The notes under the pieces: generated by a model
What the model was told of the DNA's origin: nothing
Database searches by the model: none
Seen by the model: the letters and a program-made list of their open reading frames with translations, nothing else
From: Bacilli bacterium
GTDB lineage: Bacteria; Bacillota_I; Bacilli_A; RF39; UBA660
Assembly: GCA_017441065.1 (NCBI GenBank)
Contig: JAFSAI010000044.1
Coordinates: 1-61,291 of the forward strand
Direction of reading: 5' to 3'
Length of the DNA stretch: 61,291 bases
Part shown: positions 10,054-19,242 of the stretch, one piece after another
Layout: each line of letters starts with the position of its first letter
How positions within the stretch are numbered: the stretch's first letter is position 1
Made by a program: the position numbers and the translations under genes

Positions 10054-10221
10054 TCCTTCTTTTGAATATACAAGATTTTTTCAGATGAAATTACCTTTTA
10101 CTATTATTTATGTAATTTCTGGGTTTTTGTGATATATATCAAAAATCCTCAAAAAAAATATGTATATTTATATTTTTGTTTTTCTATTACTAATCCGAAT
10201 ATCTCGGCCTTTCTAAGCAAT

Positions 10222-10250
10222 AATATACGATTTAAAAAATCGTTTGTCAA
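10222..10250 (-). promoter_or_regulatory. SigA promoter for murA
   Basis: TTGACA-17 nt-TATATT on the minus strand. Confidence 0.7.
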
Positions 10251-10281
10251 TACAAATGAGTTAAATTGTTATTTACAAGAT

Positions 10282-10455
10282 TTATATCAAATTTGATAAT
10301 TTCACCCTTAAATATTCGTAAAATGTGACATCATTTGGGCTTATTAAGTCTTTTGTTAAAATACTTTTTATTATCAAATATAACATAACAAACTCTATAA
10401 AAAAGAGAAAAACATTAATTATTACAAACATTTTTTTAGTTACATATCTATTCAT
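10282..10455 (-). CDS. Small membrane protein, 57 aa (not in ORF track)
   Basis: MNRYVTKKMFVIINVFLFFIEFVMLYLIIKSILTKDLISPNDVTFYEYLRVKLSNLI; ATG overlaps the stop of the upstream gene (ATGAATAG). Confidence 0.6.
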   Translation of the reverse strand: MNRYVTKKMFVIINVFLFFIEFVMLYLIIKSILTKDLISPNDVTFYEYLRVKLSNLI

Positions 10456-11404
10456 TTTCTTTATCTAAGTAAATACTGCAACTAATTATTTCAGATGATT
10501 CAATATTTATATAACCATCTTCATAAGTAATATCAGTATCTGTCCTTTCATTATTATTGTTAATACAAACACTTTTAGTTTCATTTAATACATAATTTAT
10601 ATTAGAGGGTATACTTATTCTTTCAATGTAATCTCCCATTTGATAAGTTTCTTCTACATATAAATTTACTTTTATATCAGAGGATTCTTGAGTAAAATAA
10701 ATACTACAATGTTCTTTTGTAGAAGAAGATAATTTTACTGTATGAAGTTCGCTATTATATTCTAACGTACCATCGTTAGCACATTCATAATAGCTATATT
10801 TATAACCATAAGCTGGTATTCTTTCACTAATTGTATAAGTATTACTTCCTGGATTATCTTCTAACATAATTTGTACGGATAAATCCATACTACCTATTAC
10901 GTCAAAATAAACAGAACATACTTCTTTTTTTTCTATGGTAACGCTTGTTGTTTTTGTTTCTTCATCATAAATTAACGTTGAATTGTTTTGACATTTATAA
11001 CCACTGTAATTGTATCCTAATGTTGGAATTTCATCTCCTAAACGATATTTACCATTACCATTTCCTGTAGAATCCATATTTTCTAAATAAACCAATAAAA
11101 CATAGTCATATTCTTCTAAGTACATATTTCCGACAGTAGCTTTTATCAAAGATAATGATGCATTTTCATAATAATAGCCAAAAGATATATATATATTAAT
11201 TAAAAGTAAATTAATTATAATCAGAATACCTGTTGTAGTTAAATATTTTTTTCTATTCTCTTTTTTCAAAAAATTTTCTTTTATTTTTTTATAATAATAT
11301 AAAAACTTCTTATAAGATTTTTTTGTTTTTCTTTTTTAAATTTTCATATATTTTAAAAATTCATCTTTATAATCATTATATATTTTTAATATTTTATTTT
11401 TCAA
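10448..11404 (-). pseudogene. Secreted protein with three Cys-containing tandem repeats; 5' end interrupted by an in-frame TAA
   Basis: RBS GAGTGGTGA + TTG at 11404 is in frame with ORF 10448-11269, with a single TAA at 11338-11336; the TTG at 11269 has no RBS. Confidence 0.55.
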
Positions 11405-11458
11405 AATATCACCACTCATTTATATAATGAAAAAGTATTTTAATTTTTATACAATATA

Positions 11459-11995
11459 TTATTTAAAAATGTGCATTATACCTAAAAAAATAAGCAAAAT
11501 TATCCCTAAAATATTAGCATAAACACCTAATTTTTCGCCAGAATATTTTCCAATCAAAAGGCCTAAAAATGTAAAAGAAGCGGCACATGTACTAAAAATT
11601 ATACCTGAAAGGAAGACATTTTCAGTAATTGCACTTAGCCCTAATCCAGTGGAAAAACTATCCAAACTAACTGAAATAGATATTAACATCATATTAAATA
11701 AAGTTAATTCAAAATATTTTTCTTCCGTTTTTATTAAATCTAGTATCATTTCGATACCAATAAATAAAAGAATTATTCCAAGTAAAAAATTAACATTAAT
11801 GTTTAAAAAAGTAATTATTTTATTTCCTAATAATGAACCTAAAAGAGGCATAAAAAAGTGCATTACACCTACTAAAAAACATAAAAAAATAGTTTTTTTC
11901 CTAGTTATATTAAAAGTTCCTATGCTTAAAGAAATTGAAAATGTGTCCATTGACAAGGAGATACCTATTATAAATAGTGAAATTATTATTGACAC
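11459..11995 (-). CDS. mntP: Manganese efflux pump MntP family (YwlD-like)
   Basis: Duplicated SMDTF/SLDSF motifs, multiple TM helices. Confidence 0.85.
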   Translation of the reverse strand: MSIIISLFIIGISLSMDTFSISLSIGTFNITRKKTIFLCFLVGVMHFFMPLLGSLLGNKIITFLNINVNFLLGIILLFIGIEMILDLIKTEEKYFELTLFNMMLISISVSLDSFSTGLGLSAITENVFLSGIIFSTCAASFTFLGLLIGKYSGEKLGVYANILGIILLIFLGIMHIFK

Positions 11996-12017
11996 ATAAT
12001 CACCCTAATTAAATATA

Positions 12018-12527
12018 TTAATTATTTCGAAATTTATTAATTATTTTTGTAGCATAAAACTCATATTCAGCATTGCTTAAATTATTTTGCTCATCAAGTA
12101 AACATAACGGAGGAAATAAAACACACCACCAATTTTTACCTAATCCTTCTCCTACTGTTATTACTAAACTTTCATAATTTCCTGATTTATAAGTTATACC
12201 TTTATACTCCTTAGTTGGAAAATAATTATCTCCATAACTTATGTCATATTCTACATTATAGTCATTTAATATAGAATCAACTTTATTTATATTATTATTA
12301 ATTATATTTCTTGCTTCTTCTATATCTTTTGCATTACTAATTAACGCATACAATTCTTTTTCTACGTCATTTTTGATACTTAATTTCAATTTTTGATCTT
12401 CTATACTATCACTGTTTGCAATAACTCTAAATCTAATTGCATTATCCGGTATTAAAATATGTTCTTTTTCATTTATTCCAACTGATATTACAACTACCAT
12501 AAATAATATAATAATTATTTTCTTCAT
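12018..12527 (-). CDS. spoIIR: Stage II sporulation protein R
   Basis: AIRFRVIANSDS, FPTKEY, GKNWWCVLFPPLC. Confidence 0.97.
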   Translation of the reverse strand: MKKIIIILFMVVVISVGINEKEHILIPDNAIRFRVIANSDSIEDQKLKLSIKNDVEKELYALISNAKDIEEARNIINNNINKVDSILNDYNVEYDISYGDNYFPTKEYKGITYKSGNYESLVITVGEGLGKNWWCVLFPPLCLLDEQNNLSNAEYEFYATKIINKFRNN

Positions 12528-12703
12528 TATTTCACCTAAATAAATATTGTCATACTTTACTTATATTTATTCAAATTAATAAAATTTTGTTGATAAGTTC
12601 GGTATTTGTAACATATAATATTATATATAGATAATAAAAGAAGTCTTTTGTGGCTTCTTAGGGTTAAGTCTATTTTAATGTCTTTATTGACAAAAAAGAG
12701 ATA

Positions 12704-13432
12704 TTATTCAAATATCTCTTTTTTATTTGTTATAAAAATATATCTTTCAAAATCATTATAATCTTTTTCTATTTTTACATATGCTTCTGGCATAAATGAT
12801 TTAACAATATTTTTAATTAAATTTCCTTCTTTATCTCCAATTTCAAATGCTATTAGAAAATCTTTATTTAAATTGTTATGAAGTCTTTCTAATATTATTT
12901 TATAAAAATGTATTCCATCCTCTGGAGCAAATATTGCGTTTTGAGGTTCATATTTAGTTTTTTGATCAACATTCGAATTAAATGGTACGTATGGAGGATT
13001 ACTTATAATTAAATCATATTTTGCTTCTGTCTCAAATTCATGAATATCTTTATGCAAAAATGTTATATCAACATCATTATTTAATGCATTAAGCTTTGCT
13101 ACTTCTAAAGCTTCATCACTTATATCAATGGCTAAAATATTAGCATCTAACGCCTTTTTTAAAGCAATACTTATACATCCACTTCCAGTTCCAATCTCTA
13201 AAATATTTGGTTTTGAAATATTAAATTTATTGAAATATTTCAAAGCTTTTTCAATTAAATATTCCGTTTCAAATCTTGGTATTAATACTTTTTCTGAAAC
13301 ATTTATAATATTCCCATAAAATTCTACATTACCTATTATATATTGAACCGGATAACCTTTTTCTAGTTTTTCAAAAGCTTCTTTTTGGCTTTCTAAAGGA
13401 ACATATTTCTTTATTAATTCAATATCATTCAT
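12704..13432 (-). CDS. prmC: Release factor glutamine methyltransferase (short N-terminal domain)
   Basis: PVQYI, LIPRFETE, GTGSGCI, SNPPY; coupled to prfA. Confidence 0.95.
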   Translation of the reverse strand: MNDIELIKKYVPLESQKEAFEKLEKGYPVQYIIGNVEFYGNIINVSEKVLIPRFETEYLIEKALKYFNKFNISKPNILEIGTGSGCISIALKKALDANILAIDISDEALEVAKLNALNNDVDITFLHKDIHEFETEAKYDLIISNPPYVPFNSNVDQKTKYEPQNAIFAPEDGIHFYKIILERLHNNLNKDFLIAFEIGDKEGNLIKNIVKSFMPEAYVKIEKDYNDFERYIFITNKKEIFE

Positions 13433-14499
13433 TATGAATTAAAATTTTCTCCTGCTAATTTCAAACGCATATCTTCTGTTATTAATGCTTCTACTATAGG
13501 AGCTAAGTTACCATCCATTACTCTATCTAGTTCCATAAGAGAAAAATTAATTCGATGATCTGTAACTCTGTTTTGAGGATAATTATAAGTTCTTATCTTC
13601 TCAGATCTATCCCCAGTACCAATCTTAGTTTTTCTTGTTGCTCCAACTTCTTGTTCTTGCTTTTGTTTCATCTCATCATGAAGCTTTATTCTTAAAAGTC
13701 TCATAGCATTTTCTTTATTTCTTAATTGACTTCTTTCAGTTTGACAACCAACTACTACACCAGTCGGTACGTGTGTTATTCTTACTGCTGAATTTGCAGT
13801 ATTTACTGATTGTCCACCAGCTCCACTAGAGTGAAATACGTCTATTTTTAAATCGCTTTCTTTTATTTCAATATCAACATCTTCTACTTCTGGCATAACT
13901 AGTACTGTTGCAGTTGAAGTATGTACTCTACCTTGAGTTTCTGTTGCAGGAACTCTTTGAACTCTATGAGAACCACTTTCGTATTTTAATTTAGAATAAA
14001 CATTAGTTCCTTTAATCATACATTCAATTTGAGAAAAACCACCAGACGTACCTTCAATAGAGTTTAAAACTTCTATTTTCCATCCCATTTCTTCAGCATA
14101 ATAAGAGTACATTCTAAATAAGTCTCCAGCAAAAATATTTGCTTCATCACCACCTGCTGCTCCTCTTATTTCCATGATTACGTTTTTACCATCATTTTCA
14201 TCTTTTGGTACTAATAAAATTTCTAATTCCTTGTGTAAAGATTCTATCTTTTGAGATAAATTTTCAACTTCTACTAATGCTATTTCTCTAAATTCTTCAT
14301 CATTTATAAGTGATTTTGCTTCTTCTAATGCTTTTTCTGTTTCTTTATATTCATTATAAACATTTACAGTTTCTTCTAAATCACTTTGTTCTTTTGATAA
14401 TTCTTTCAATTTATTATAGTCATTCAAAACTTCTGGTTTTGTTAACTCTAATTTCAATTCTTCTGATTTTTTTAAGATATTTTCTAATCTTTCAAACAT
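13432..14499 (-). CDS. prfA: Peptide chain release factor 1
   Basis: GAGGQ and PAT motifs, RTYNYPQNRVTDHR. Confidence 0.98.
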   Translation of the reverse strand: MFERLENILKKSEELKLELTKPEVLNDYNKLKELSKEQSDLEETVNVYNEYKETEKALEEAKSLINDEEFREIALVEVENLSQKIESLHKELEILLVPKDENDGKNVIMEIRGAAGGDEANIFAGDLFRMYSYYAEEMGWKIEVLNSIEGTSGGFSQIECMIKGTNVYSKLKYESGSHRVQRVPATETQGRVHTSTATVLVMPEVEDVDIEIKESDLKIDVFHSSGAGGQSVNTANSAVRITHVPTGVVVGCQTERSQLRNKENAMRLLRIKLHDEMKQKQEQEVGATRKTKIGTGDRSEKIRTYNYPQNRVTDHRINFSLMELDRVMDGNLAPIVEALITEDMRLKLAGENFNS

Positions 14500-14613
14500 A
14501 AAAATCACCTTTCTTTTTAAATTATAACATATAATTAAAATTTGTAAAAAACACTAGAATGATTATACTATTCAGACTATTTTTTTACAAGAAAAAAATA
14601 CAATAATCTATAA

Positions 14614-15051
14614 TTATTGTACGTTTTCATCTTCATCAATGATAACTAAATCTTTTAAATCATCATCTTCATCATCATTATCATCTAATTCATTATCATA
14701 GAAAATATCTTCATCTTCTTCATTTTCTATTTCTAAATCTTCATCTTCAGGTAGTTCTTCACTTGTATCAATATCTTCTTCATCTTCAACTACTATATTT
14801 TGTAAATGATTTGTAGCTAAATCCCAATATCCTTTTGGAAGTAATACAAATTTTTTATTAATTGAAAGTAGTTCAAAGAAATCCCCAATTCTATCTTCAA
14901 CAGTATTTTCTGGTAATTCTAATACTTTACATACTTTTTTAAACAAATCAAGAAGCTTCATTTTCTTTCCTGCTTGTTCTAAAATTAAATAAGCAATTTC
15001 ATCATATCCCATTGTTTCTAATTCTGCTTTTGATATATCTTTTAAACTCAT
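14614..15051 (-). CDS. rpoE: RNA polymerase delta subunit
   Basis: HARE-HTH-like N-terminal domain (F...G.W.L) and acidic C-terminal tail. Confidence 0.9.
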   Translation of the reverse strand: MSLKDISKAELETMGYDEIAYLILEQAGKKMKLLDLFKKVCKVLELPENTVEDRIGDFFELLSINKKFVLLPKGYWDLATNHLQNIVVEDEEDIDTSEELPEDEDLEIENEEDEDIFYDNELDDNDDEDDDLKDLVIIDEDENVQ

Positions 15052-15099
15052 AATTATCTCCTTTTCAAACTCATTATATGCAATTTATTATATATGTTA

Positions 15100-15435
15100 T
15101 TATAATAAATGTATTATTATTCTTTTTTCTTCATCTAATTTATAATTTAATATAATTTTATCTTTATCCTTTATAAAACTACACTCAATTTTATCTTCGA
15201 TATTTATATTATTTTCTTTTAATATATAATTAAATAAAGATTTATTAAAATCTATTTTAAACATAAATTCATTATTTTCTCTTATATAAATTTTATCTTC
15301 TAAATTTATATAATTTGAAGTATTATTATCTTCTTCATATTTAACAAATTTATCTACTATATACTCACACTCAATTTTTTTATCAATGATTATAAAACCA
15401 TTACTTAATAAACTTAAGTTTATTGCTTTTTTTAT
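15100..15435 (-). CDS. 111-aa hypothetical protein with ATA start, at the DUF1934/YwiB position (not in ORF track)
   Basis: AAGAGGTG-attat-ATA followed by an open frame IKKAINLSLLSNG...KRIIIHLL*; in-frame TGA at 15468 and no canonical start upstream. Confidence 0.75.
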   Translation of the reverse strand: MKKAINLSLLSNGFIIIDKKIECEYIVDKFVKYEEDNNTSNYINLEDKIYIRENNEFMFKIDFNKSLFNYILKENNINIEDKIECSFIKDKDKIILNYKLDEEKRIIIHLL

Positions 15436-15532
15436 ATAATCACCTCTTTTTTCTAGAAAACTATATCATAACATATATATAATTTCAACATAATTTTCTA
15501 GTTTCTTTACATAATAATTTTAGGTGATTTAA

Positions 15533-17485
15533 TTGAAAGCTTTAAAATTTTTTTCTAAACTTTGTATTTTCAGTTTTGTATCTTTTATTATTTGTTATAT
15601 TGGCATAAATATTTATGCAATGATTATACCTAATTTAAATATTACTAATAATGGAACATATTATTTATTTGATAATAAAGATACCTTAGTATATCAAGGA
15701 AGTAGTACTAGTTCATGGGTGGATTTAAAAGACATTGATGAAGATCTTATAAATGCTGTTATAGCTATTGAAGACAAAAAATTTTATAATCATTTTGGGT
15801 TTGATATCTTGAGAATTGGTAAAGCAATGATTACAAATATTCAAACTGGACATATTGTACAAGGTGCTTCAACAATTACACAACAATTAGTAAAAAATTT
15901 GTATTTAGAATTTGATAAAACTTGGGAAAGAAAAATTAAAGAAGCTTTTTTAACAATTATTACAGAATTACAATATAATAAAGAAGAAATACTAGAAGCT
16001 TATTTAAATACAATTAATTATGGAAATGGCAACTATGGAGTAAGCAATGCCAGTAAATACTATTTTAATAAAGATGTTAGTAATTTATCTCTTGAAGAAG
16101 CTATAATACTTGCAGGTATTCCTAAAAGTCCAAATAAATATAATCCTGTTTCTAACAAAGAAGAATCATTAAAAAGAGCGTCTATCGTTGCTAAAGCATT
16201 ATTAAATAATGAATTTATTAATAATGATACTTATAATAATTTAAATTTTAATAATATTGAAATTTATGGTAAAAATGATAAAAATAATTTACAAATGCTT
16301 ATGTATTATCAAGATGCTGTTTATAAAGAGTTAGAAAGTTTAGGTATTAGTAAAGAAACATTAGAAACTGGTGGACTTAAAGTTTATACAAACTTAGATA
16401 TTGAAAAACAAAGCGCTTTAGAAAAGAATATTTTAAATACTATAACTCAAGATAAAGAATTACAAGTAGCAAGTGTTATTGTTGATCCTGAGACAGGAAA
16501 AATAGAAGCTTTAACTGGTGGTATTGATTATGGTACAAGTCAGTATAATCGCGCTACTGAATCCAAAAGACAAGTTGGTTCTACAATGAAACCATTTTTA
16601 TATTATGCAGCTTTAGAAAATAACTTAACAGCATCATCTAAGTTTAAAAGCGAATATACAATATTTAATATTAACAATAAAGAATCTTATTCTCCAACAA
16701 ACTATAATGATAAATATGCTAATAAAGATATTACTATGGCTGCTGCTATTGCATTTTCTGATAATATATATGCTGTTAAAACTAATTTATTTTTGGGTGT
16801 TGATAGATTAGTAGATACTGCTAAGACTGTTGGAATTAAAGAAAATTTGAGTGCTGTACCATCACTTGCATTAGGTACAGGTGAAATTAATATTTTAGAT
16901 TATGCTACTGGATATACTACTCTAGCAAGTGGTGGTTATAAGAAAGATTTATACTTTATTAGAAAAATTGAAGATAAAGATGGAAATGTTATTTATACAA
17001 AAGAAAACAAAAAAAGTTTAGTACTAAATCCTAATTACGTTTATATCCTAAATGAATTATTAGCTAACACTTCTAGTAGTGCTTTTAAAGACTATACTAG
17101 TGCAACTGCCAGTACAATTGCTAGCAAATTAAGTAGAAAGTATTCTATAAAAACGGGAACTACTGCAAGCGACTATTGGACTGTTGGATATAATAAAGAT
17201 GATTTAATGTTAATATGGATTGGTTATGATAATAATCGAGAATTTACAAAAAGTTATGGTTATATGACAAAAAATATTTGGGCAGATACTATGGAAGAAA
17301 TCCAATCAGATATTTCTAATAATTGGTATGAAACTCCAGATAACGTAGTAGGTGTTATTCTAGATTCTGTTACTGGAGAGGTTACCAATAATGAAGAAAG
17401 GGCTGTAGTATATTATTACTTAAAAGGTAGCGAACCATTAATTAGTAGTGCATCTACTATAGATAATGAAAAAAAGAAGAACTAG
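15533..17485 (+). CDS. Class A penicillin-binding protein (PbpG/YwhE-like)
   Basis: EDKKFY.H.G, GASTITQQL, RKIKE, SxxK (STMK), SDN, KTG. Confidence 0.93.
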   Translation: MKALKFFSKLCIFSFVSFIICYIGINIYAMIIPNLNITNNGTYYLFDNKDTLVYQGSSTSSWVDLKDIDEDLINAVIAIEDKKFYNHFGFDILRIGKAMITNIQTGHIVQGASTITQQLVKNLYLEFDKTWERKIKEAFLTIITELQYNKEEILEAYLNTINYGNGNYGVSNASKYYFNKDVSNLSLEEAIILAGIPKSPNKYNPVSNKEESLKRASIVAKALLNNEFINNDTYNNLNFNNIEIYGKNDKNNLQMLMYYQDAVYKELESLGISKETLETGGLKVYTNLDIEKQSALEKNILNTITQDKELQVASVIVDPETGKIEALTGGIDYGTSQYNRATESKRQVGSTMKPFLYYAALENNLTASSKFKSEYTIFNINNKESYSPTNYNDKYANKDITMAAAIAFSDNIYAVKTNLFLGVDRLVDTAKTVGIKENLSAVPSLALGTGEINILDYATGYTTLASGGYKKDLYFIRKIEDKDGNVIYTKENKKSLVLNPNYVYILNELLANTSSSAFKDYTSATASTIASKLSRKYSIKTGTTASDYWTVGYNKDDLMLIWIGYDNNREFTKSYGYMTKNIWADTMEEIQSDISNNWYETPDNVVGVILDSVTGEVTNNEERAVVYYYLKGSEPLISSASTIDNEKKKN

Positions 17486-17498
17486 TCTTCTTTTTTTA
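17473..17498. terminator. Bidirectional terminator-like hairpin at the convergent pbp/noc stop overlap
   Basis: AAAAAGAAGA-actag-TCTTCTTTTT. Confidence 0.5.
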
Positions 17499-18486
17499 TT
17501 GTAATTGTATATTTTAATTCTTCTGTATTTTCATCTTTAATAACATTGATTTGATAATTATTATTTGTTAACTCACTAGCTAATTTATCCAAAAGATTTG
17601 TAGCTATACTCATATCTTTTTTATTATTCTCCACTGGTGCTAAAAAATCCAACATTTCTATTTCTTCTACCGGACTTGTAACTACAGTTTCTTCAATACT
17701 CATATTAGCTGATTCATCTTCTAAATAATTAAAGAATTTATTAGGAATAGATGAACTACTAGTATTTTTATTTGTAGGTATTATATCTTCAAATTGAGGA
17801 ACTGGAGGAATTTCAACAACCGGTGTAACATTTTCTACTTTTGGTGGCACTTCTGTAATTGGAATTTCCACTTTTTTATCATCCTTTTTTCTTCCTTTTA
17901 ATCTTTTATCTAATTCTCTTACTGTTAATCTTTCTTCAATAATTGTTTCTAACCACTTTTCTTGTTCTTCTAAATCATCTACTTGTAATAGACTTCTAGC
18001 ATGCCTTTCAGAAATTTTACCTTCCATTAAAGCATTTTGAACACCATTAGCTAACGATAATAGACGTAGTTTATTTGAAATTGCTGATTGGCTTAAACCC
18101 ATTTTTTTAGCTAACTCTTCTTGAGTTAAATATCCTTTATCAAGAAGTGCTTTATAAGATTTTGCTTCTTCTATCGAAGATAAGTCTCTTCTTTGAACAT
18201 TTTCTACTATTGCAACTTCCGCACTTTTTTGATCATCTAAAGCTGATATAATAGCAGGAACAGATGTTAATCCTGCTAACTTTGAAGCTTTATATCTTCT
18301 TTCTCCAGCAATAATTTCGTATTTATCTCCTAAGCGTCTTAAAACTAGGGGTTGAATAATCCCATGTTCTTTTATTGAAGCAGCTAATTCTTTTAATCCA
18401 TTTTCGTCAAAATTTAATCTTGGTTGAAAACGATTAGGAATAATATCTTCAATTGGCACATTTAAAACTTGTGATTCTGTATTCAC
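17482..18486 (-). CDS. noc: Noc-type ParB-family CTPase / DNA-binding protein
   Basis: IPNRFQPR, GERR box, Noc-type HTH (SQSAISNKLRLL...ERHAR), directly after rsmG. Confidence 0.8.
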   Translation of the reverse strand: MNTESQVLNVPIEDIIPNRFQPRLNFDENGLKELAASIKEHGIIQPLVLRRLGDKYEIIAGERRYKASKLAGLTSVPAIISALDDQKSAEVAIVENVQRRDLSSIEEAKSYKALLDKGYLTQEELAKKMGLSQSAISNKLRLLSLANGVQNALMEGKISERHARSLLQVDDLEEQEKWLETIIEERLTVRELDKRLKGRKKDDKKVEIPITEVPPKVENVTPVVEIPPVPQFEDIIPTNKNTSSSSIPNKFFNYLEDESANMSIEETVVTSPVEEIEMLDFLAPVENNKKDMSIATNLLDKLASELTNNNYQINVIKDENTEELKYTITIKKED

Positions 18487-18525
18487 AATAAATCAAGCCC
18501 CTTTACCTTTCTATTTAATTCTAAC

Positions 18526-19242
18526 TTATTTAGAATTTTTTTTCAATGGCTTTTTGATTATTTTGTCATACGGTCTTAAAAGTTTTACGTCTGTGCTTTT
18601 TTCTTTTTTTATTACAATAATATTTCTTAATCCAGAATTATTATATAGATTAAAAGTAATTCTATTAATAATCTTAGAATCAAGTATTTCAATAGTACTA
18701 ATTGAATCTTCTAAAGAATCGTCCATATTTCCTTTTAAAGCAATAAATAATCCATCAACTTTTACAAGAGGGATTGCTAATTCTGCCAAAACTCTTAAAT
18801 TTGCTACAGCTCTAGACGTTACTATATCAAATTTATTTAAGTTGTTTTTGGAAAAATTTTCAACTCTATCATTTACAACATCTACATTTAAAGATAATTT
18901 TTTTGAAAGTTCTATTAAAAATTTTGTCTTCTTGTTATTAGAATCTATTAATGTAATATTTAATTGAGGAAAAAATATTTTAAGTACCATTCCAGGAAAA
19001 CCAGCACCACTACCAATATCTACAAGACTATTATACCTACTTAAATCAACACTTTTTACAATAGTTAAAGAGTCATAAAAATGTTTTAGATAAATTTCTT
19101 CTGGTTCTTTTATTGCAGTTAAATTTGTATGACTATTATACTCAATTAGATAATTCATATAAATATCTAACTTATTTAAATAATCATCTTTTACTTCTAT
19201 ATTTAATTTTCTTAATTCTTCTATAAATGTATCTTTATTCAT
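18526..19242 (-). CDS. rsmG: 16S rRNA m7G methyltransferase
   Basis: NLTAI, HFYDSL, DIGSGAGFPG, SRAVA. Confidence 0.97.
   Translation of the reverse strand: MNKDTFIEELRKLNIEVKDDYLNKLDIYMNYLIEYNSHTNLTAIKEPEEIYLKHFYDSLTIVKSVDLSRYNSLVDIGSGAGFPGMVLKIFFPQLNITLIDSNNKKTKFLIELSKKLSLNVDVVNDRVENFSKNNLNKFDIVTSRAVANLRVLAELAIPLVKVDGLFIALKGNMDDSLEDSISTIEILDSKIINRITFNLYNNSGLRNIIVIKKEKSTDVKLLRPYDKIIKKPLKKNSK

Noticed and set aside
12600-12660. dif-like AT-rich palindrome between spoIIR and prmC
   Set aside because: Poor match to XerC/XerD arms and origin-proximal; the adjacent hairpin is explained as the prfA-prmC terminator
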